Positions 14,727 to 20,000 of a DNA stretch of 20,000 nucleotides are shown here, one piece after another. This DNA is from an uncultured virus (IMG/VR IMGVR_UViG_3300010355_000481). Lineage: Duplodnaviria > Heunggongvirae > Uroviricota > Caudoviricetes > Crassvirales. Positions within the stretch are counted from its first letter, which is position 1. Every line of letters begins with the position of its first letter. The translations under genes were made by a program, and so were the position numbers. Under the pieces are notes generated by a model. It searched no databases, had not been told where the DNA came from, and saw only the letters and a program-made list of their open reading frames with translations. The stretch lies in the IMG/VR virus record IMGVR_UViG_3300010355_000481, one strand, 5' to 3'.

Positions 14727-15698
14727 ATGTTAACAGAATTAACAGCACAAGACGAAGCAAGAATCATTGAAGTACGTGACAAGTATTTAGCGAAGCTATT
14801 TAACTACGTATTATTGGAGAAATTTGACGCAGAAAAAATGAAAGCTGCCGTAAATGATTTGTATGCTTTTGCAAATCTTCCTTTACCAAAGGATATTATT
14901 ATTGCAGACAGCCCTAAAGCTGCCCAAAAAATCTGTAACGATTACAATCGTACATACAACAACGATCCATCTTTACCTGATCAAACTTGGGAATTTGCAA
15001 TTACAGGAGACGTATCAGATTACAACTGGTTATCTTTTTATGAATTCTTCATGCCGATGGAAGGTATCTTAACGGACGAAGCAAAAACAAACTTACAACG
15101 TATCATCGATATCGTAGATACAGGTATTTTTACTAGTATCCAATTGGAAGTATTGTGTATCCCGGTTAAAATGCCTAATTTCATTAGTCGTGATGCCGAA
15201 AACAATTTACACTGTACTAGTGGTCCAGCTATCACATTTGTTGATGGATATGGTCAATATTACATCCACGGTCGTTTCTTAGAGCAATCTTGGTTTGATA
15301 AAACTATCAATAAAACATTGACTCGCGAAGAGTACTTAGCTATTTCGAATGAAGATATCAAAGGTTGTATTAATACGATCATGGATGCTGAATTTGGCCC
15401 TCAATACTTAGCTGAGTTCTTAGGAGCTACGGAAATCAGCCGTGTAACTATAACTCACCCTACACACACAGAAGAATTAGTTTTGTTCCGTACGAAAGAA
15501 AAATTCTCTTTTGCTAGAGATAGTAAAGGTAATGAGAATGCTTCGTTAGCTTGGATTCAAATGACTTGTCCTTCAACTCAAAACATTTACATGATTTCTA
15601 CGTGTCCGACATTCGAAGATGCCCTTGAGTGTGCTAAATTTCACCGTTCAGAGTTGATTCCTAAAGATATTCCTTATATCTGGCAATCTGCTTCTTAG
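14727..15698 (+). CDS. DUF6745-like protein
   Basis: N-terminal LTxxDExRIxxxRDKY, DSP, WLSFYEFF, RDAENNLHCTSGPAITFVDGYGQYYIHG, ISNEDIK and CPST. Confidence 0.7.
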   Translation: MLTELTAQDEARIIEVRDKYLAKLFNYVLLEKFDAEKMKAAVNDLYAFANLPLPKDIIIADSPKAAQKICNDYNRTYNNDPSLPDQTWEFAITGDVSDYNWLSFYEFFMPMEGILTDEAKTNLQRIIDIVDTGIFTSIQLEVLCIPVKMPNFISRDAENNLHCTSGPAITFVDGYGQYYIHGRFLEQSWFDKTINKTLTREEYLAISNEDIKGCINTIMDAEFGPQYLAEFLGATEISRVTITHPTHTEELVLFRTKEKFSFARDSKGNENASLAWIQMTCPSTQNIYMISTCPTFEDALECAKFHRSELIPKDIPYIWQSAS

Positions 15699-15706
15699 TA
15701 GAAAAA

Positions 15707-15738
15707 TTTGTAAATATCATATAAGTAACCTACCTTTA
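15707..15738 (+). promoter_or_regulatory. near-consensus Bacteroidota promoter
   Basis: TTTG, 20-nt spacer, TACCTTTA (one mismatch), upstream of 15777. Confidence 0.45.
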
Positions 15739-15776
15739 CTTAACAAAATAAAATAAAACTTTAAAAACCACTTATT

Positions 15777-16160
15777 ATGGCGAATTCAAAATTCAAATTC
15801 ACAGGAATCATGCACCGTCAAGGTGATGTACAAATTGCTCAACTTGAAAAATTACCTACCGAGGTAAAACCAATTGAGAAACAATTCTTAGCAGCGTCGG
15901 AGCGTTCAGGCTCTATGCATGCCTTATTCGGAAACTATCAACAATACGAAGTTGAGGGCGGAATCGTTCTTGATTGTAAAGAAGATTGTTTGATGAACCA
16001 CAGTTTAACCTCACACCTTCAAGGTTTAGGTATGGATCAAGTTCGTGAATTACCTAAGAAAGATCACGGCGCTATCTCTTTACCGAAAGGAGTATACTTC
16101 GTATCGATCCAACCTCGATTCGACCCAATGCAAGGCTTTAAAACACCTGTTAAAGACTAG
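15777..16160 (+). CDS. RQGDV-motif protein, probable partner of the DUF6745-like protein
   Basis: HRQGDV...LAASERSGSMH...H...DHGAISLPKGVYFVSIQ...VKD. Confidence 0.75.
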   Translation: MANSKFKFTGIMHRQGDVQIAQLEKLPTEVKPIEKQFLAASERSGSMHALFGNYQQYEVEGGIVLDCKEDCLMNHSLTSHLQGLGMDQVRELPKKDHGAISLPKGVYFVSIQPRFDPMQGFKTPVKD

Positions 16161-16182
16161 TATTTATTTAAGATTAAATTAT

Positions 16183-16217
16183 ATCCCCTCTGGCTAACTG
16201 CTGGAGGGGATTTTTTT
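16183..16217 (+). terminator. intrinsic terminator
   Basis: ATCCCCTCTGGC-TAACT-GCTGGAGGGGA followed by T7. Confidence 0.85.
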
Positions 16218-16376
16218 ATGAAAAATATCAGTAAACACACACATCGTTTAATAGGGTTTGAATTTTGGATTAACTTTAATGTTATGATCAATAACACAGT
16301 TGAAGTTGATATAAGAAAGTACTGTTGGAGTATTATCAGTGAACCTTTAATATTAAGAAATTATGAGAAACATTGA
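16218..16376 (+). CDS. mini-protein (52 aa, MKNISKHTH...NYEKH)
   Basis: Translated by hand. Confidence 0.6.
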   Translation: MKNISKHTHRLIGFEFWINFNVMINNTVEVDIRKYCWSIISEPLILRNYEKH

Positions 16377-16527
16377 AATTACCGGAATTAAACTTGCTAG
16401 ATTACATAGTTCATTAATAACAAGAGTCTATCCTAATGTTTCATCTTTAATATATAACATAATTCATCGAACTTTATCTAGAGTAGCTCCAAGAAATATA
16501 GTTCAAACTATGATAAATAATATATGA
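16363..16527 (+). CDS. mini-protein (54 aa, MRNIEITGI...)
   Basis: Translated by hand; overlaps both neighbours. Confidence 0.6.
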   Translation: MRNIEITGIKLARLHSSLITRVYPNVSSLIYNIIHRTLSRVAPRNIVQTMINNI

Positions 16528-16709
16528 AAAATATCAATGAAGAATTGTGTTTTACAGTTCAAAATCCTTTTTACCATATACATGACCAAAATAGAGCGAT
16601 AACAGTGTCTAATCTCGTATGGGAACATGTAATAGACATTAATGAGGTATTAATCCCTGACGAAACCATTATAAACCGTATAAAACTAGTCAATTATGAA
16701 AAGCATTAG
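16524..16709 (+). CDS. mini-protein (61 aa)
   Basis: ORF track. Confidence 0.65.
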   Translation: MKNINEELCFTVQNPFYHIHDQNRAITVSNLVWEHVIDINEVLIPDETIINRIKLVNYEKH

Positions 16710-16893
16710 ATTAGATATACGACAGTCTCATCATCTTTATTGGGAAAATATAGTAGAGAAAAGTAATCCTTATTTTAGAAAAAATAAGTTTAAAAAATAC
16801 AAAAATACCAAAGTAAAGAGATTCTTTTTTATGAGATCTTTAGTTGATTTTGAGAATATTAAACGATGGATCGAAACAAACTATGCGCAGTAA
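16696..16893 (+). CDS. mini-protein (65 aa)
   Basis: ORF track. Confidence 0.6.
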   Translation: MKSIRLDIRQSHHLYWENIVEKSNPYFRKNKFKKYKNTKVKRFFFMRSLVDFENIKRWIETNYAQ

Positions 16894-17074
16894 ACACGGA
16901 CATATAGGAAATTTTATATCCCCGCTTTGGGACCAATTAGGAAATGGAACATACCTTTTCCACCACAATTACCCTATACTTAAGTTAAAAAATTTAAGGG
17001 TAATTTTTATAGACGCTGGATTTGACTTCCTTTTTACAGTCGAACTAGTTGATTACAAATTAATAAATAATTAA
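16883..17074 (+). CDS. mini-protein (63 aa, MRSKHGHIG...)
   Basis: ATG at 16883 preferred over the track start at 16844. Confidence 0.6.
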   Translation: MRSKHGHIGNFISPLWDQLGNGTYLFHHNYPILKLKNLRVIFIDAGFDFLFTVELVDYKLINN

Positions 17075-17088
17075 TAAAAAAAAATACA

Positions 17089-17661
17089 ATGAAAAAAATT
17101 ATCAACATCGTTTATGCTTTCAGCAAAACAGACAAAACATTTAAATCGATCGTTACGGCAAAAGATTACGATCAATTACTTCCTATCATGGAAAGAAACA
17201 GAGACAAAGCTTCTTGGTTTGTATACAATATTAAAGATAAAACTATCAAAGATATGTATGCACAACATAATCCAGGCAAAATTGCATTCTTTCGCGAATT
17301 AGTAGGTAAAATAGAAACTCGTAAATCTATCGTATACGCCCACGGCGTAACTAAGGATAAAAACGAATGTACTAAGAAATTCTTAGATGCACGTTTTAAG
17401 CAAAACTTAGATTACGTAACCAAAAATACCCCTAAACATAAGCTATATGCTCCTATTACGGATCCTAAAGCTGTTATCGAAGACCTACGTAAACCTTTCA
17501 CAGATGTCTTAGCGGTATCGAAATATATGAAAGAAAGACGTAAATTTACCCAACAATTAATTAAACTCCAAGATGAAACCATCGACATTACCATACTCCA
17601 ACATAAAGGATTTCAACTCAAAAGTGGAAATAGACAAAAGAAAGAGTTACAACACTATTAA
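17089..17661 (+). CDS. hypothetical basic protein
   Basis: 190-aa Lys-rich ORF with A-rich leader. Confidence 0.8.
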   Translation: MKKIINIVYAFSKTDKTFKSIVTAKDYDQLLPIMERNRDKASWFVYNIKDKTIKDMYAQHNPGKIAFFRELVGKIETRKSIVYAHGVTKDKNECTKKFLDARFKQNLDYVTKNTPKHKLYAPITDPKAVIEDLRKPFTDVLAVSKYMKERRKFTQQLIKLQDETIDITILQHKGFQLKSGNRQKKELQHY

Positions 17662-17842
17662 AGAGTTACCAACTACATCAAAGAACTATCACCAGGTCAT
17701 GGATCTGTGTGATAGTTTTTATGAATTATACGGTGATCATGAAATGTTTTTCGACCTTATCGATCACCATACTGCCATTTACCAAAAACTATGTGAATCA
17801 CCGTTACATATAGAATTTCCTTACCCTTTTAATTATAATTAA
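17573..17842 (+). CDS. hypothetical protein
   Basis: 89-aa ORF overlapping the upstream gene by 89 nt; start uncertain. Confidence 0.55.
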   Translation: MKPSTLPYSNIKDFNSKVEIDKRKSYNTIKELPTTSKNYHQVMDLCDSFYELYGDHEMFFDLIDHHTAIYQKLCESPLHIEFPYPFNYN

Positions 17843-18039
17843 TGAACTATTTACCACGATATGCTCGTAATTCTTTTAGGGATTGGATGAATCTTAATTT
17901 TCAATCTGATATAAAAGTTAAAACTATCAGTGTAGATTTAAGGTTTGAAATTAGTTCTGAATTTAGACCTTTTGCATTCAGTAAAAAATATGTTTTTGAT
18001 TTTGCAAATTTTATAGACACAGTTAAAAATAAATTATGA
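17842..18039 (+). CDS. mini-protein (65 aa)
   Basis: ORF track; TAATG and ATGA overlaps. Confidence 0.65.
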   Translation: MNYLPRYARNSFRDWMNLNFQSDIKVKTISVDLRFEISSEFRPFAFSKKYVFDFANFIDTVKNKL

Positions 18040-18230
18040 ATACAATTACACATTTATTATATTCTACGATACGTAGGTTTCAAATAAATGCAAACTTATA
18101 TGATCAACTAAGTATGTCGGTAGACCAATACGTAGATAAATTATTATGGGGATCTTTAAGTAACGCCAACACTGTATTTAATTATAAAGCACATATGAAA
18201 CAAATTACTAGACATGATGAAATACGTTGA
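18036..18230 (+). CDS. mini-protein (64 aa)
   Basis: ORF track. Confidence 0.65.
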   Translation: MNTITHLLYSTIRRFQINANLYDQLSMSVDQYVDKLLWGSLSNANTVFNYKAHMKQITRHDEIR

Positions 18231-18405
18231 TCACCGTATAAACCCTTTATTAAGACGATATCGTCTTAATGTTTGTATAGAACCTCAAGAAGTCACTTCA
18301 GAAATTGTACTTCACGCATTAAGTGAGTTAAATAACTGGTCAAATAAATTTTTTGGTTACGCACCTATAATTAGACAAATTGTTAATAATTATGAGATAC
18401 ATTGA
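18214..18405 (+). CDS. mini-protein (63 aa), paralog of 18392
   Basis: MKYVD...ELNNWS...RQI. Confidence 0.7.
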   Translation: MMKYVDHRINPLLRRYRLNVCIEPQEVTSEIVLHALSELNNWSNKFFGYAPIIRQIVNNYEIH

Positions 18406-18580
18406 TGAATTTATAGCAATCCCATTATCAAAATATTGGGGTAGTACTTTTAAAGAAACTCCTACAGTCCAAAATAATATTCAAATTCGTATAGCAAGAG
18501 AATTAAATACTTGGTCAGATATGTATTTTATTAATTATGAACTCACCCTTAAACAAATATTAGATGAATGGAGTAACTAG
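18392..18580 (+). CDS. mini-protein (62 aa, MRYIDEFIA...)
   Basis: ATG at 18392; MRYID...ELNTWS...KQI. Confidence 0.7.
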   Translation: MRYIDEFIAIPLSKYWGSTFKETPTVQNNIQIRIARELNTWSDMYFINYELTLKQILDEWSN

Positions 18581-18728
18581 AATAATTTGGGAACCATTAC
18601 GTAAAGAATTTTATAATTTTTTACAAACTGAAAAACCTGATCCTAAAATTTATCGTATGATATTTCAACCCTTAAATGAAATATCAACTTGGCATTTAAA
18701 CTCATTAGATAGCTATGAAACAAATTAA
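18564..18728 (+). CDS. mini-protein (54 aa, MNGVTRIIWEPL...)
   Basis: Translated by hand; similar to the next two ORFs. Confidence 0.65.
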   Translation: MNGVTRIIWEPLRKEFYNFLQTEKPDPKIYRMIFQPLNEISTWHLNSLDSYETN

Positions 18729-18873
18729 AAAAATAATGTGGTTACCTTTGTACGAGCTATTTTACAGTAAAATAATGTATCGAAATCGTAACAATACAGT
18801 CTATCAAATATTATTTGAAGACTTAATGGATGAAGTAAATTTTTTTGATTTTAATAACGATAATTTAGAATGA
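18715..18873 (+). CDS. mini-protein (52 aa, MKQIKKIMWLPL...)
   Basis: Translated by hand. Confidence 0.65.
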   Translation: MKQIKKIMWLPLYELFYSKIMYRNRNNTVYQILFEDLMDEVNFFDFNNDNLE

Positions 18874-19037
18874 AACAAGTTAACGGCATAATATGGGCTC
18901 CATGGAGCCCGAATTATTATAGAAGTTCATTTTGGTTTAAATTAAAGCTTAATTATGATCTTCCTCATGATATATTATATGATAAATTAGAAGACGAAAT
19001 AAGTTTTACCCAAGTAGAAATATTAAACCTATTATAA
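18870..19037 (+). CDS. mini-protein (55 aa, MKQVNGIIWAPW...)
   Basis: Translated by hand; ATGA overlap. Confidence 0.65.
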   Translation: MKQVNGIIWAPWSPNYYRSSFWFKLKLNYDLPHDILYDKLEDEISFTQVEILNLL

Positions 19038-19061
19038 AAACATTAAATCTATTATAAAAAC
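19022..19061. repeat. 20-bp tandem duplication
   Basis: ATTAAACCTATTATAAAAAC followed by ATTAAATCTATTATAAAAAC (19/20 identical). Confidence 0.85.
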
Positions 19062-19331
19062 ATGAATGATAAACCATTAGATCGCGATTATGAGCACGCA
19101 ATTAGAGAGATTGAAAGTGTCTCTGAAGTGTTAACCTCTCTAAAAGAAAAAATTGAAGCATTAGAAGAGGAAAATGAAACTCTCGAAGATAAACTATCCA
19201 CCAGAGATAATCAAATCTCCAAATTAGAGGAAGAAATTAAAGAACTTGAAGAAAAACGTGATAACTTAGACGCCAAAGTAAACAATCTTGAAATTGAATT
19301 ACAAGATTGGCAATTAGGGAATAATTCCTAA
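19062..19331 (+). CDS. acidic coiled-coil protein
   Basis: 89 aa with a continuous heptad pattern (LKEKIEALEEENETLEDKL...). Confidence 0.8.
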   Translation: MNDKPLDRDYEHAIREIESVSEVLTSLKEKIEALEEENETLEDKLSTRDNQISKLEEEIKELEEKRDNLDAKVNNLEIELQDWQLGNNS

Positions 19332-19335
19332 GACT

Positions 19336-19539
19336 ATGAAACAAATTAATCAGCAAATTAAATTAAACTTAAAAATTGCAGATTTTATTAACAATATTGC
19401 AAATTTAAGTAGTTGTATTGGTATATTTATTATTAGTCATATTCTTGCTAATTTATGGTCGTCTCATTATATGGCTATCCCTGAAACAGATACAACTACA
19501 TTTTTTAACGTTTTACATAATATTCAACGTAATATATGA
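19336..19539 (+). CDS. mini-protein (67 aa)
   Basis: ORF track. Confidence 0.6.
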   Translation: MKQINQQIKLNLKIADFINNIANLSSCIGIFIISHILANLWSSHYMAIPETDTTTFFNVLHNIQRNI

Positions 19540-19733
19540 TAGAAGTTTATAATATTATTAATGAAGACATTTTTAAACCATTTTGGGCTTGTGCTGATGA
19601 ATTAGACACTATAAATCATAAAGTTATGGTGTATGCTATTACTATATGTTGGCCTAATCATTATTTATCTTCAGAAAATAGCGGAAACGTAGATTATGGA
19701 AGAGCAGTACTTAATGTAAACAATAATGTATAA
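19536..19733 (+). CDS. mini-protein (65 aa)
   Basis: ORF track; WPNHY resembles WSSHY of the upstream ORF. Confidence 0.6.
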   Translation: MIEVYNIINEDIFKPFWACADELDTINHKVMVYAITICWPNHYLSSENSGNVDYGRAVLNVNNNV

Positions 19734-19736
19734 ACA

Positions 19737-19913
19737 ATGAATCAAATCTATATGCACTTTCGGGTACGAAAAATATTTAATAATTGTTGTATTTATTATT
19801 ATTACCATGAATATACTACGACTATATCTGAAAAATTAGTAAATGAAATTACTAAAAAACGTAGATTATTTATTACTTTTTTAAAATTTAACGATCAATA
19901 TGAGAAACATTAA
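19737..19913 (+). CDS. mini-protein (58 aa, MNQIYMHFR...QYEKH)
   Basis: Translated by hand. Confidence 0.6.
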   Translation: MNQIYMHFRVRKIFNNCCIYYYYHEYTTTISEKLVNEITKKRRLFITFLKFNDQYEKH

Positions 19914-20000
19914 TAATAAGTTTACTGAATTAATGGTCGAACTTAGAGCACCGGCATATGTTTCTATAGAAAAAAGTGCTGATTATATGTATCGTGAAGG
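19900..20000 (+). CDS. mini-protein truncated by the window edge (MRNINNKFT...)
   Basis: Open to the end of the window; same junction type as other mini-ORFs. Confidence 0.55.
   Translation, partial: MRNINNKFTELMVELRAPAYVSIEKSADYMYRE

Noticed and set aside
14854..17302. Nested + strand ORFs 14854-15072 and 17114-17302
   Set aside because: Fully inside longer genes in another frame, with no independent support.
114..17594. Minus-strand ORFs in the track (114, 6043, 9487, 10897, 11749, 11927, 15038, 17412)
   Set aside because: All lie opposite well-packed + strand genes. The one at 10897-11208 largely mirrors the QVWx repeat. Treated as shadow ORFs.
1..20000. Stop-codon recoding (TAG or TGA read-through) as an explanation for the many short ORFs
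   Set aside because: Short ORFs end in all three stops and overlap the next ATG in a different frame. RNase H, SPFH and HNH genes are intact in code 11, and TAG ends full-length genes.
1158..20000. Diversity-generating retroelement, integron or CRISPR array behind the mini-ORF runs
   Set aside because: I saw no reverse transcriptase, integrase or cas gene, no TR/VR pair differing at adenines, no attC-like spacers and no regularly spaced identical repeats in this window.

Overview
AT-rich, densely coding window with almost all genes on the + strand. It looks like an accessory region of a large lytic phage with a Bacteroidota host. Inference: starts are A-rich without Shine-Dalgarno sites, TTTG-N19/20-TAnnTTTG promoters occur, and no housekeeping operons are present. 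Recognisable genes: DUF3307 membrane protein, SPFH/band-7 protein, NUMOD4-HNH-AP2 homing endonuclease, uracil-DNA-glycosylase-superfamily protein, RNase HI, and a DUF6745-like plus RQGDV-motif gene pair. Unusual content: (1) about 40 overlapping or abutting mini-ORFs, mostly 48-67 aa, several sharing a 4-residue hydrophobic periodicity with a QVWx-repeat mini-protein; (2) two tandem tRNA-like genes whose anticodon loop is replaced by a structured 51-55 nt segment; (3) a roughly 470-nt non-coding island with an antisense promoter, complementary loops and two terminators; (4) a 14-nt motif GGCGATAANATCAA found three times in hairpin loops; (5) a recoded duplicate of the UDG-like gene start upstream of the HNH gene. 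All family calls come from motif recognition by eye, not from database searches.
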